A stretch of DNA of 56,528 bases, the filler included, from Platydemus manokwari (Eukaryota), in the NCBI GenBank assembly GCA_037951405.1. It is 4 parts of 4 records of this genome, joined end to end, with 100 filler letters (N's around TTAATTAATTAA, not from the genome) between each part and the next. Parts side by side here need not be neighbours in the genome. Positions count along the whole stretch, not along the records: positions 28,554 to 45,557 come from JBBMOY011126996.1; positions 45,658 to 56,528 come from JBBMOY011099219.1; 2 more parts are not named here. The stretch is one strand, 5' to 3'. Shown piece after piece: positions 38,201 through 52,439 of this stretch. How positions within the stretch are numbered: the stretch's first letter is position 1; each line of letters begins with the position of its first letter. Both the position numbers and the translations under genes were made by a program. The notes beneath the pieces were generated by a model. It made no database searches. It was not told the DNA's origin and saw only the letters and a program-made list of their open reading frames with translations.

Positions 38201-41200
38201 ACTTATTTTTTTATAATTTTCACGAAAAAATATCAGATTACTTTAATATTTGAAAATTAAATATTCATAATTCCAAATTTTATTTTATTTTTTATTCTAA
38301 ATTTAAATTTATCAAATTTGGCTTTTAATTCTATCTCAAGAAATATCGAGTTTCTTCTTGAAGAAATATTTGAAAAATTTTGATAGAAAACACAGTACAA
38401 AAATTAATGTAAAAATAGATTATGAATTTTATTAATTAATAGTTTTCGTTGAAGCTCATTCACAAAGCTGATTAAGTTGTTTCGATGTTCCTAGAATAAT
38501 TGTTAAGGTTTATTATTTATGTTTCAACCATTTATTGATCATAAATATCGCAAAAAGTGAAAGTTATTCATGAAATTGTTAGAGAATAAATGATAGCTAT
38601 TGTTAGATATCCACTAACGCTGAGTATTCAAAAATGTAATTATAATAGCATGGTTATACATTAAAATCAATCTATCGATATTCACACTCATAAAATAAAT
38701 CAATAATCAATTTACAAAGAGATCAACACCTGGAAGATAAATCAGAAACGGAAATAACGACCATAAAAAATTGGTAGACAAAATAATCACACAAAAGAAT
38801 AAGATAGATGAAAAGTTATCGACCATTGAACACCAGTTGTGATTCGAGAGATTCAACTTCCTTTATAAATTTGTTGTGTATGTTTGCCTATTGTCTTATA
38901 GCTTTATTTTTTTTAATAATCAGAAACAGTGTCCATTCTAGTTTATGGAGTGATGGTCTCATGTCATCTGCCTATCTTGATATTTGTAGCCTGTTGCTGA
39001 TATGAACCAATTGATGATCGAATTCTATTTATGGATTATATCTGATTGGCTAATTGAACTTGCACTCATTCACTCTGTGTATTGAACCTTTTGAGAGTTA
39101 TTCCGAGGTCTCCGTGGGAATCTTGACTTGTTTTTTCTTCACAATCAACAATATTATTGAAGAGAACCATTATGAATAAGGAAAATTTTCATATATGAAA
39201 AATTTTTAAATTTTTAAAATTTTTAAATTATAAAATAATATAGAATAATATTAAAATGCTCTCCAATTAATAGTTTTTATTCTAAAAGACAAAAAAAAAT
39301 AAAAAAGAAAAATTCGTCATTTCAAACATGGAATAAAGAAATTATAATTACAACATATTTCATTTATATTTTCATTTATATTTTGCTGGATATAAGAGCG
39401 TAGTTCTTTGACCCACGTGTAACAATAATCGAGGTTTCATTAATTATATGATTTCAAAATTGCCAGGAAAAAAAAGAATTAGTTATTTTACTATCCAGAA
39501 AATCATGAATGCTTAAAAATATAATTTCAATCAATCGATTAATGGATTAAATATTTTCTTGTCAATATAAGAATTGAGGTCGAATGACATTTTTACTGAT
39601 CTCGTATCGTCACTATAATAAATTCAAATTCATCTGCTATCCTGCTAATATTTATCATTTTTCTTGAAAAGCTTCAAATCTGAGAAATTCAGACGTGCAT
39701 CGAATTTATAAAAAAGGATAATACTAATTTAAATGATCGTCATCAATCATAACAACAACCAATCTAATGAAGCATTATTAGTTGAATAGATTTTTTGATT
39801 AAAATATATCAAAAAGAAACTTAATTTTACAGACATTTACCGAAATTGTCATAGTCTTTGAAAAGATGGTAATTATAGGAGAAAATTAAATTGCAGTTAT
39901 TTGGTGAAATTGATGTATTGATCATTAATGTGCCCTCAGTGAATTATCTATGATTTCAATTGATTATAGGGATAAAATATGATATTATTGCGGTATTCTT
40001 TATGACGTAAATAAAAATGATTCAGAAAATACTCTATCAATCACCAATAAATTTCAGACAAATCCACAACATGTAATCAATAAATACCAAACTTAACTTC
40101 AAAAATGTCGACTAATCATGAAGATAATATTTAAATTTTAAAATAAAGTGTTGTAACAGGCACAAATCTTAGAAAATCAATGGTTTCGAAACAATCCTTT
40201 CCTATTTTAAGAAGTTATTTTTCATAAATTCACACCAAACCCATATAGTTGCCAAAACTTCTTGGTTTTCAATTTTCAAATCAAAGAACATGATTTCACC
40301 GACCAATTAATATATATTTATAATACATCCATTTTGAACAATATTAAAATTTATTTTCATCTGATTTATTTTCTTATTTATATAAAAATGCTCACATTTT
40401 TATTTTACACCTTTATTTTTTATTTAAAATTAAATTTTGTAATTTTAATAATTTTTAAAAAAAATTTTAATTTTTTTATAAATGTCAATGTCGTATAATT
40501 ATATTAATATAATTTTTTTTAAATTTCTTTAAATTTATAATTTTAATTTTATCTAAATTTTAATTATTTGTAGTACTTTTAAATAAACCTCACACAGGAA
40601 ATAAGTGAAATTGTAAAAATTATCTTTATAACTGCCAAACTTCTGCCATTCCATATCTTCATTGTGTTTCACAATCTTTAAATTCAAATTTATTATCATC
40701 ATTTTATCCACTGGCAATAATGTTGAATATTTTACGAGCTTTTCATATCGAATACAAGAAATGTGGGATTGATGTTGAAGACACATCAATTAAAGCTTGA
40801 GGCATCAACTATCGGAGGATTTTAAATATCGAGATTGGCATATTATATATAATTTTATAAACACCTCGAAACTGATTAATCCAGTGAAAATTTTGTCTCA
40901 TCTCAATGTAAGTATGTCACTGTCTTTAATAAGTCGAAATTGAGCCTTAAATTTATGTTGGCTTTGGAACTAAAATACACAAATTCGATTCAGCTTAGGA
41001 GGAAATCACTGAATAAAATATTCTATCCACATCAATACTGGTTTGTATTAAAATTTCTTTAAACAATTTTCTGATTCATTTTTAATTCTGTTGAAATTCT
41101 TTGGATAATTTATTTTCTCTAAGAATTACTGGATCATGTTTACAAGGAGAGATTTCTGTCAGTGCAGACACATTTTTTAAATTCCGATCATACTATAAAT

Positions 41201-41749
41201 TGGACAAAATATGAATTTAGAGAACGTTGTTAGGAAAATATTCACGAATATAAGATTATTTTAACTGGATATATGTGTGTGCCCATGTGTATAAGAATTG
41301 GTGTAATTTTTACTTAAATTTTCTATTTAACGAAAATTATTTAAAACAATTTGGTTTGTTTGAAAAGATTTTTAGGATCTACGGTTATTATCGACTTCTA
41401 AATGATTCTAAATGCATAAAAAGGAAACACAAATTATACATAACGAATCACCAAAACCCAGTCCGTAAGTAATTCGGTGATGACAACCATCATGCTTTGT
41501 GATTTTTCAATGCACCCAGGATCAATACTTGAGATTTTCTAATTTATTTGGTTTAATCGTTTTTAGCGTTTGTGTTAAACAAAGCTATTTCTCAGTTCTT
41601 TATATCTCTGATGGAACTATTCAAGGTGTTTATCCATTATCTTTGGTTGATGAATGGTTCGGTTATGGTTATTATCAAAACGTGTAATCATACATTGATA
41701 TCATACATTATTTTGATCAAATTATCAAATACGAAAAGAATATATAGTG

Positions 41750-43400
41750 ATGCCTAAAAAATTGATTAAAAGGTTGCTACCTTCTTCTACTTCAACATCT
41801 TTACCATCTGTTGAAAATATTACCTCTCATTTCACTTACCAATCTCCATCGCCTCTTCCAAATTTGAATATTGAGGTTCCATATTCTGAAAACCTTTTCA
41901 CAAATGTGCCCATTTCTGTAGAGGAGATTGTCTCAAATAGCCTCGAATAGCTCTGCTTTTGGTAATTATTGCTTGCTGTATATGGATTGATGCCAGATTG
42001 ATTCGAAATTTGTATTTCTACAAAAGTTTTTTCAATTTAGTGTCAAGCTCTGGATGTGCCGGATCAGTGGTAGCAGTTTATGACTCCCCTTATTCTTAAA
42101 CTACAGAAAAAAGGTCGAACATATCTTGTGTCATCTTGGCGACTAATTGCACTGTTGGACAAGTCCTCTAGGTTATTCTGTAACAATATTAGCCTTCGTT
42201 TGCTCCGTTGGATTACCATCGGAGATTTAATCTGAGCACAATCATGCCTTCAATTCATTTTCGAGACTTGTAGAGCAAATTGTCATTTTGTTTGGTTACA
42301 CTGTAAGGAAGCTTTTCCTAGCTTGCGTCATGAGTTAATCTGGTTAACTTTAAAAAAACTGGGTTGTGCAACCAGAACTATCAATTTATTAAAGAATTCG
42401 TACAATGGAATGCGTACGACTTACCAATGTGAGAATATAGGTACTCATTCTATTAATCTAGTTAAAAATGTCAAAGAAGGCTGTTTTGCCTTTCCATTGT
42501 CTTCCTTGTTAAATCTTGCCATAATTTACTGAATTCTTTCACAATGTTTCATATGGAATTAAGATTTTGTATAAGACTTTGTTGTTTGGTGGTTGTTTCT
42601 GATTATACAAGCAAGGGTTGCTGACACGTTAGGTAGAATTGTGGATTTGGCTAGTAAGGTTTATCTTACCTTTAATCCAAGTAAATGTGGATATTTTTGT
42701 ATGATCCGGTGAAATGAACATTTCTCAGAATATACGATATTGATGTTCCAGTAGTGGAACTAATGCAAGAAGCTTGGAGTTCCTTTTGGTTCCCCAAAAA
42801 AAGATATTGATGACATTTTAAATAATGTCATCTCCGATTTCAAGGTGATTTGTAACACGGACTTACATCTAAGGCAAAAGCTAAATACTTTTAGATTGTT
42901 TCTACACTCTAGACTGCCGTTTCACCTTCAAAACAGAGAAAGTCAGTATTCCATCTCTTTCCTATTCACAGAAAGAAGTCAATGGAACTCGGGTTCGATG
43001 AATATATCAAACAGTTAGTTAAGAAAGTGATAGAAATTAGCTTTTTCCGTCAGTTAATAATGAATTTTTGTCTACATGCAGGACATTGGGTGATCTTGGC
43101 CTTATGCCAGCGAAGAATGACTATTTTATTCAGAATATAGTAGGAGGTTTTCGGTTGTTGAACAGCTCTAACTCTGTCTTTGCTTCTTTTAGACAAAAGA
43201 GATTGATCACAGTAGTAAACAAGCGTTTCAATCGTTCTGAAGTTGACGAATTTTATAGGGCTCTTAACTGGCTAAATAAAATAATTGATTATAAACATCC
43301 TGGACCGAGTTCTTTGTAATCAAAGGTTTGGTTGCGGGTTACTTCTTCTATTATAGAATCAGATAACATTGTATGGATCTTACATTGCAATAGAAACTAG
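41750..43400 (+). mobile_element. Second decayed non-LTR retrotransposon RT region, related to 31900-35050; boundaries approximate
   Basis: SSWRLIALLD (about 42132), EAFPSLRHELIW (42308), VKEGC (42469), FNPSKCG (42671), KLGVPFG (42770), LHSRLPFHL (42902; the first copy has LHSTLPFHF), LGDLGL (43086). Confidence 0.82.
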
Positions 43401-45557
43401 GTCTCCCAAAACGAACCCCGTCAACATGTTTAACACACAATAACGGCTTATACAAACATAAAAGGGATACCAGTATATGTATTTTTATTCATGTTGTGTA
43501 TATAGTGTATTTGAGAAGCAGTTTAATCATTTACATATTTTTATGATTTTTTATGTGAGAACATCAATCGTGGATGCAAAGTTCACTTTGTCATGGAGAA
43601 AACCACATGTGTTAAAAATCATCTAAAGGCTATAATAGGCTTAATCATACTTTTACATTCTTTTAGATCAGAGAAAATTCACCAGGCGATAAGCTGTGTT
43701 ATTGTTTGTTTTTATTTCCTATTGTTTTAGATTTTAGCACAAATTTTCGATGAACTACGTGATGTCTGCGAAACTGCAATTAAAGATTTTAAAGTGGGCT
43801 CGTAACGAACCAATTAGTTCCAGTGCTGTTTGATTTGTACACCTAAAAAACACAGACTACTAGTGAAGAAAGAGAAATATCTTTGTTGGGTAAAAAATAT
43901 CTTTGCAACATGAATACGAAAATGTACTGCAAAGAGGAATTTTCCTGAAAGGTTAATATCATCGTCAACACAATGTTGTTCTAAAACTATTTTATAGGTA
44001 ATACCACACAGCTACATGCCCGTGTTTAAATTTTAATAAAATAGCTGGGTCACTTGTTGATAACCCTTATATATTTTAGAGCTGCGATATTATAAAGTCT
44101 AAGCCATGAATGTTCACAGATATCTCTCTGCCAGTTCAGCAGTTTGGCCATTACAAACAATTTATACTCTTTCGTTAGTGTAGACGCTATGATTTTATAA
44201 AGCAGACTGAAATTGAATCGTAATGTCACAACGCGTAAAAATATAACTTAAATTAATATTTTAAATATAAATTCTGAATATAAACCTTTTTAATTTCAAT
44301 TCAATTTTAGGCTTGAAATTATCAACTTTTCATTTTATTTGTAAAGCCTAAACAATCATAATGTGAATCAATCAATATTTATAATCATACAAAATATCTG
44401 CAGTCGATATTCTATTAATAGACATCTCAAAACCAATTCATAATTTGAAAATTTATAATTCTAGGTAAATACATGATTTTAAAATTAATTTTGGTTAAAC
44501 AATTTTCATGCTTATATTAAATAAAAAAATAAATATCGATTCATTTGCACATTTCAATTTAATTCGATCTAAATATATGGAAATGGCTGGAAAAAAATAT
44601 CACCGAGCACTGCAACAATTTCAGAGTAAGTAAAATTCCAAGAAATAAGACATAGCGAAATATTCACATTTATTTACCTTAAATATATCAATAATGTTCT
44701 ACCTTGACTTCACTTCCGTTTTCAATGAACAGAATGACATTATCTTCGCGTTTTGAGTATTTGCAAATCTCGAAGCAACAATCTCTTCACGACGTTGGTG
44801 TATAGAAATTATTCATGATGGCAATTTTGATATTTTAGAATTACTCACGTTTATTCTCATTATAAATGAGTCGATTGCTTACCAAATGTGATATCATTAA
44901 ATTTAACAAGCACGATTGTGAAGATATTATTTTTATGTGGATCTCAATAACAACTGTAACATTATAATATTATTAACAGTGACAATCAATAATGTTATCT
45001 GGTGAACATCGATTTCAATCCATTTCTTATGAAATATCCAAATTAATTCTGGACATGTTGATGCCGTGATATATGTTTATTATACAACTGATGAACATTT
45101 TAAACAGTAAACAAATGAAAATACACCACTAATAATGTTACTATAGTGATATAATCAATTTAATATTTTATAATAATAATAATAATTTATTACTAAGCAT
45201 TTGAAGATATTATTTTAGGATTAACTATATTACATGTTTATCTGAAACTGTTGGAGTTCTGAAAATTGCATGAATGTCTTAATATTACTGGCAATAAATG
45301 TGTAAAAGTAGCAAAAACTTAATTATCGGTGTTTATCAGCAGTACCAATTTTATGTCTGTCAAACACATTGGTATGATGATGTGAATATTAATTTTTATT
45401 CTTTATTTTCAATGTGCATTTATCTCGGAGAAATTAAAGTTAAAATAAAAATTCCCTTAAAATAGAATATTTGTTGATCACCATAATAGAATCAATTTTA
45501 GTGGATAATAATAATGATGATGATTTTAATAAAAAATTTAAATATCATTTAAATAAA

Positions 45558-45657
45558 NNNNNNNNNNNNNNNNNNNNNNNNNNNNNNNNNNNNNNNNNNN
45601 NTTAATTAATTAANNNNNNNNNNNNNNNNNNNNNNNNNNNNNNNNNNNNNNNNNNNN
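45558..45657. other. Artificial contig-join spacer N44-TTAATTAATTAA-N44, followed by an ordinary N gap at 45689-45887
   Basis: Same structure as the other two spacers. Confidence 0.95.
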
Positions 45658-45897
45658 TATTTGTATTGTTATTATCATTAATATTATTNNNNNNNNNNNN
45701 NNNNNNNNNNNNNNNNNNNNNNNNNNNNNNNNNNNNNNNNNNNNNNNNNNNNNNNNNNNNNNNNNNNNNNNNNNNNNNNNNNNNNNNNNNNNNNNNNNNN
45801 NNNNNNNNNNNNNNNNNNNNNNNNNNNNNNNNNNNNNNNNNNNNNNNNNNNNNNNNNNNNNNNNNNNNNNNNNNNNNNNNNNNNNNNTTATATCTAG

Positions 45898-46035
45898 ACA
45901 GCATTTGATGCAGCTGAAAAAATTGGGATGAAAAATCAACTCAGTATTGAATCAATGCTTGTTGAACGACCAGATTGGAATCTTGTAATGGGTTACGTCA
46001 CAGATATCTATCAACATTTCGAGAAAACCAAATAA
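45898..46035 (+). CDS. Terminal exon encoding the end of a calponin-homology domain, cytospin/SPECC1-like
   Basis: After acceptor TATCTAG the frame reads TAFDAAEKIGMKNQLSIESMLVERPDWNLVMGYVTDIYQHFEKTK*. This resembles the SPECC1/SPECC1L C-terminus (AFQAAESVGI..RPDWQ.VM.YV..IYKYFET). It is missed by the ORF track. Confidence 0.8.
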   Translation, partial: TAFDAAEKIGMKNQLSIESMLVERPDWNLVMGYVTDIYQHFEKTK

Positions 46036-49000
46036 GAAAATCTCTTCCCATGATCCGAAATAATTGATCTAAGCAATGATATATATATATGTGTCTCATT
46101 AATAAACTGCTACATTTAGTAGATAAATAAATCGAGATTGTTTCAATATTGTTATTTTATTTCTTATATTGTGTATACCTCCTTATTATCGATTTCATTG
46201 TACATTTGACCCAAACACCGCTGTTCATCATACACTGTGGCAGACATTTTGATCAGTTTTAGAATGAATATCATTATTCGAATTAAATGTGTATTCTTCA
46301 TTTGTTTTTCTTTGTTAATAATAATGCTTTCTGAATAATATATTTTTCTAATATGCATATTCATATTCATATATATATTTGAAATTGCTTTGTTACCGTA
46401 AGCCGGTATATGATATTTATATTTATCTATTTTTTCTTACATCCAATCAAATCGATGGAATTATTTGTACTGATATTGAAATTGTAATGCATTTTTTGTC
46501 ATGATTATTTTAATAATTATATTTCTGTGAATATTTACATATTGGTTTTTTCTTTGTGATCATTGGTTTCGATATAGAATTGTTGATTGGAATATTATTA
46601 TGATTATTATGTGAATGACAATATTGATGTGTAATTTTCTATTGAATTTTGACAATATTTTTGCCATCATGACAAATTCCGATTGAAGAATTTTTTAGTC
46701 GTGTGTTTCCGATGTTGCGCATACAATTTGAAAATAGATTTTGCATATCATAATCGGTGCAGAATTGTGATGATATGTAATCGGATTATGTCATTTGAAA
46801 TCTTATGGTGTGACTGTTGATGTCATAGAATTTCTCGTGATTTTCAAATGGATTTTTAATGTTTTAACACTGGAAATTATTTGAGTTACTTGATCCAATT
46901 CGTCAGTGTTAAACGAATCACGATAACATGATAAACATGAACGAAACCATTCTTAATTTGAATTCAAATCAGATAAATAAATGAAATAAATAATTATTAA
47001 TGGTAATAACTGTAAAAATTGATTTTGGTATTTATAAATATTTAAAATTATCGATCTAGTATTTTATTATTGTATTATTATTATTGCTATTATTATTGTT
47101 ATTAATTTGCATTATTTAAGAGGCATTTGGTTGTTTTTTGATATTAACTGTTTCCTGTCTCACATATTGCAAGAATAAGTACTAATTAGAGAAACAACCT
47201 TGGTTTAGAAACACGGAATTTTATTTCATATAGTTTAGTCCCTCTTAATTAAATTTCAATTAATAAACTGGTATTGTAAATAGTAAAACTCGAAAAAACA
47301 TATTTGTAGCTATAGACAATATAATACAAATCACCGAACCCGAAATCGATATCTAAACCTAATAAAGGAGGCCAATATTTCACAACTTAATCATAAAAGA
47401 TTGAACTAACTGATCACACAAGGCAAATTCAACTGTCAATGGATATTTTAAGATTCAGAGAAGCCGTCACCGAATAAGCAGCAACCAATGACCGATTTTA
47501 AAGTTATCTTGTACTTGTTTAACTTCTTAAGTAGTGCCTTGTGAACTTTTATTTGCCAAAACTTCTTTCTCATTTACTTGCAAAGACAAGGAATGAAAAT
47601 AAAACTCTTAGAAATACAACGGTGTTTAGTAACAAATTTTGACACGAATAATTTGTTGGGTGCAGACATCACCCCTAGGAAAACCCCAATTAAAAAAATA
47701 AGCAACGCCATTCAAAAAGGAAATCATCTACCTGTATAAATTCAAGTCACAAAAATTGAAAAATTACAACCAAAAAAAACAGAAAACTGAGATGTCTCCT
47801 GCCATGGTAGATCAATTAATTCGCTCCAATTCATACATTAAAATCAAGTGTAGCAGCGCCACTTTCCGCAAAGTGACAAAGTAACAATCAAAACCATCCG
47901 TTACTAACAGGTCCATTTGACTTTTGTAATAAATGCTATCTCAGCTTTTTAAAACGGGCTCGCTGTGTTAGGACCCAAAAAAAATTAAAGCAAAAATGGC
48001 ACTATAAGATTAAAATTTTTTCTACTAGCGTCATCAGTGCAAATACGACATAAATTGAAATCAAAGGGTACCGAAACGGTTTTGAACAGGTGATGATTTA
48101 TATACATGTGATGATTTTAAATACTGACCAATTTAAATTGTTTTGTGATTTTGATGTTTAAACCGATTCTTACGTCACCGACTGTCTGTGGCACCATGGC
48201 ATCATAATCATAAGTATAGATAAATGTTTTTGAAATAAAAGTTATAGAATGTTTCCAATTGATAAATACCGATGTCTCAAACGAAATGGATTGTTATTGT
48301 TATCATATTATCAATAAATCGGATAGTATGGGGAGACATGTTAATCAGCGTGTCTCCTAAATAGGCTGAGGTTACTGCAATCAGTTATGTGTTGTATTGA
48401 TAAAATACTTTCCAAACCAATATCTTTCAGACTCCGAGGCAGTAGATAACTGAGAATAGAATCTTTGTAAACAAATAGCTACCATCAATGTGATAGGATC
48501 GGTCATTTAATTATTCATCCATAGTTGGTACTGACTAATATATTCTGTTTATTTTATGAATAATTACCATGTCAGCATCATTCGGTTTCTAACCGCAGTG
48601 ATATCTTTGGCGCTATTCGTTCGTAGCAGTTACTTTTACGCGAACTACAGATTCAAGTTGCGACATGAATGAAACAACATTATCAATATTTGAATTACGA
48701 TTTGATCTCATGGTTTATTCGGTTGTTTGCTATTTTTACAGAAATTTTTGTTAGATAATTCTGTCACTATCTAATATCACTTACAGAGATGTCTACATTT
48801 TCAGGGATTTATTAACAAAATAAGGCATATTAACAAATTAAGGACATTCTCACACATTACAATGAAGAACAAGTCATTTTACGCTTACATGTTGAAATAT
48901 TTTAATATTGAGCTGACGATTAAGAAATTTACTGGTAAATTATCTATTGAGTTTGTTAAAAATTATTTTATCGAACTCTCTTGACATTCACTGTGAAAAT

Positions 49001-49219
49001 AAATTAATCTTTTAAAATTTAGCTCAACACGAAAATTTCTGAGATGTTAATCAGATCGCAAAGTCTACAAAAAGTCTGGAAAATCTCAAGAAACTCTCCG
49101 GAAGTTTATGTTGCAAATCCTGATTCAACATTGTAATTCTAAAAATCATTAATAACACTGCGCTTGTCATACACTCATGAAAATGAATTAAAAATGCTTG
49201 GAATAGTATTGATCTATAT

Positions 49220-49825
49220 CAGTGATTCCCAAACTTTCGGGTGTACCGCCCCCTTTTAGAACAAATATTACTTAGCGCCCCCAAACTAATCTACACCAAT
49301 TTTTTAAAGACTTTTAGTAGCAATTTATAAATAAAAACTTAATGTTATCTTTTTCATTAAGAGTATTAAAAGATATATAAATCAGGTTGAAACAATACAT
49401 TTTGAAAGTGAGGACATATTTATTGAACTTAGAATAGATTTTAATACAAAAACTCGAAATTATGTTAATGAGAAGGATGAACCTGGTGTGCTGCTACCAA
49501 TTTTCTAACATTGGGCTCTATTTTCGTCAGAAGTAACCTTAAACCACCCCTTAAAATACTACCGCTCTACTACCAGACTTCGGTGTTGCAAACGACAAAG
49601 CGCACAAGCAGTACCATTGAGTGCGCGATTACACATACTTCAATAGAAATTAGTGAGAACGTACAGTACGTTGTTTAAAGACAAATTAAGCGTTTTGAGC
49701 AAACGAGATACATCAAAATTATAATAATCATTTTCTTACATTCTCATACTATTATTACCCCCAAATGAGCTTGTATTCACCAGCGACCCTCTGGATTCTT
49801 GCAGCGCCCACTTTGGAAATCCATG
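49220..49825 (-). mobile_element. hAT (Charlie/Buster-type) internal-deletion element, 606 bp
   Basis: Exact 8-bp TSD ATCTATAT (49212-49219, 49826-49833). TIRs CAGTGATTCCCAAACT / CATGGATTTCCAAAGT. The minus strand at about 49550-49465 encodes GLRLLLTKIEPNVRKLVAAHQVHPSH*, a Charlie/Buster-like transposase C-terminus. Confidence 0.9.
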
Positions 49826-50148
49826 ATCTATATTAATACATTGCTTAGGTAATCAACAAATATTTATTTATAAACATTGATAACTGATATAACCATAAAT
49901 TAAAGTTTGAGATGTACATGGCTCTTTTCTTCAATCGTTCAATGAATCACAATTTTCTGGTCCAACCGTACAATCAATTCTGTCTTCTCTTATTTTTAAA
50001 GCTGCCCTTGTTGCTGTTTTCTTTCTCGTGTGAAACCTCTATTGCAGATAACTAGCATTTATATTCGACTTCATGTAAGCAAGAGCTATTTGTTTATCAT
50101 TTTCTTATCAATTAGTAGTTTATTCAAGACTGTATAGTTGGTCTATGT

Positions 50149-50271
50149 CAAGGGTGGCCAACCAGTCGATCACGATCGACTGATCGATCTTGAAGCCAAT
50201 TTTAGTATATCGCGTGATATGTTATTCAAATGAAAAGTCGATCTTACGTACACAAAAGTTGGCCACCTCTG
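50149..50271. mobile_element. hAT MITE, 123 bp
   Basis: Exact 8-bp TSD GTCTATGT (50141-50148, 50272-50279). TIRs CAAGGGTGGCCAAC / CAGAGGTGGCCAAC (12/14). Internal GATC/TCGA-rich subterminal motifs. Confidence 0.9.
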
Positions 50272-52439
50272 GTCTATGTTATCCAAGTTTCGATAACTTC
50301 TACAACAAAGCGAACAGTTCCATAACCCAGTCAAACCTATTTCTTTTGATTATATTTCGCAGGTCTGAGTATTATGTGATATTCTTTTTATCTATTTCGG
50401 TCATTAACGGAGGTTCGTTCACGGAACATTATTAAAAAGATATCGATTAGGACGATCATAGATTTTTTGTCATTTATTAGTTGAAAATCCATCCTTAATT
50501 TGGATTCCGTGAATTGGTATTCTTTCTTCACAAATACTCTGTAATCATTAGTGTTAACAATTTTCTTGATCGATAGACTACAAAAGATTGAGATGATTTG
50601 ATTCAGATAAAAATGTGTGTTTGTGATTCCACTTCATATCAACATCACTTGCATGTTACCTCTCTAAAATATGTTTTGTTCATCATGGGAAGGTTGTCTG
50701 TCTGTGCGTTATGAATAAATCCTAATTCACAATAGTTAGGTGACCACTAAAAATTACTTTTGACCACATTTGACTAATTAGCTCCCGAATAGCTGTTATA
50801 GCGTCCATTTCTTATTTGATTAGTCCAGCTTAATTGGTAGGATCGCATAAAACATTGCCTCAGCACTTTTAGTGTATCTTTGTTTTCTTCGGATTCAATT
50901 TGACACTCCTTTCGTAATAGAAACCATTTATTTTAAGGCTTTGATGTACTTTGAGCTCCGTTGATGTACTTTCACCGTTGATAACAATGAAATAAACCGT
51001 CGCATATATTTTCTTAGATGCTCCATGTTATGCTCCTTTCATTTTGTAGAATATGCGAATTGACCCATTCCAGTGTTTTTCACAACATTTGCATGAGACA
51101 GTATTGAATTGGTGTGGTATTATTTAAACTCAGGCCAGCCGGTTAATTTGTCTGAAGTCATTTAATACTAAGATTTATCCTTGGACTGGGGAATTGCAAG
51201 CCTCTTCAGCGTCCTGTGAGTACCAGGCATCAGTGTCAACTAAGTTTAGGTTTTCTCTAGTGGTTAGTTTAGAAGTTTTGAATACTTAATAATATATCCA
51301 ACCATTCTTTTCAGGATTTTAAAGAGTTGATATTTAATTAATCAATAATAAAATTAATAAAATATAAATATATTAATAAACGATAATTTGTTTAAATATT
51401 ATGGTTAAATGTAGCTTTCAAGGCAAATTTAATACAATAGCGGCAGCTAAAATTATCAATTTCTTTTTACATTCCGAACCGGTAATAATATCAGGGACGT
51501 ACAAGCAAAAACCAGAATCCTTCATGGTCCTTAATATTGATGTGCGCCTCTGAATCGTGAATTACTCTTTCCAGTTACTCTGGTATTTTTTTTCTCAAAC
51601 TGATAATTTCAAATGAAACTTAGGTGATTTGAAAATTTAGTAGACATTTAGCAGCCTTGTCTAGATCAGCCTTATATGTGGATTTTTGCAATGAAATTGG
51701 ACTATTATTACAAATATTATTTTAGCCTTATATTATGTGATAAATGGTTAATAATCTCACAACTAGATATCGGCTTTAAAAAATACCTTTAAAGTGGTGA
51801 AATTCCTTAATCTTTAATAAATGTTGCTCCGTTCCAGTTTATTCTGTAAAGTAATATTTAGAATAATTACTGTATTCAATAAATGCTGATAGTCTGTAAA
51901 TGAATGCGGATAAATAAATAACTGAAAACAATATAGTGCTCGTTATCAATGCTTGATTATTAAATCGATAAACAATTATTTCACGCACATTCTCTACTTA
52001 TTAAAAAACATGCCTGTAAGCACCTATTGTGATTGTGTCTTGATATCATATCAGCATATCCAACACACATAGATATTGATTTTGCATATGAAAATATTTC
52101 AAAAACGTTTTCACCAAAATCAATGGGAACAACTTTGCTTAGATTATTAAAATCCTTTCATAACTGTTTGATATCTCCTCGAGTTAGTTTATCCAATAGA
52201 ATTGACATATTTATTCTGATGAATATTGAAAATGCTTATTTGACTGGAACAATTCAAAGAAATTCTGGAGTCGATTTTTAAACAATTGTAGGTTTTGAAA
52301 TCAATAATGTCCGTGTTTTTATTACCCACCATTTATTAATGAGCTTTCTTCTTTGTGTTTCGCTCAAGATTGTCTTGGATATTAATGAACAATAAATAAC
52401 TGACTCCAATACAAAGGTGTATTAATCAACGCACAAACA

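Noticed and set aside
44570-45375. Exon-like patches with splice-like signals upstream of the third join
   Set aside because: I could not build a consistent open spliced frame or recognise a domain on either strand.
45602-45939. ORFs spanning N runs
   Set aside because: Artefacts of assembly gaps and the linker.
51480-52330. Possible CR1-like retrotransposon fragments on the - strand
   Set aside because: Only faint motif echoes (PH.KADLDK, TRGD). Too decayed to call or delimit.
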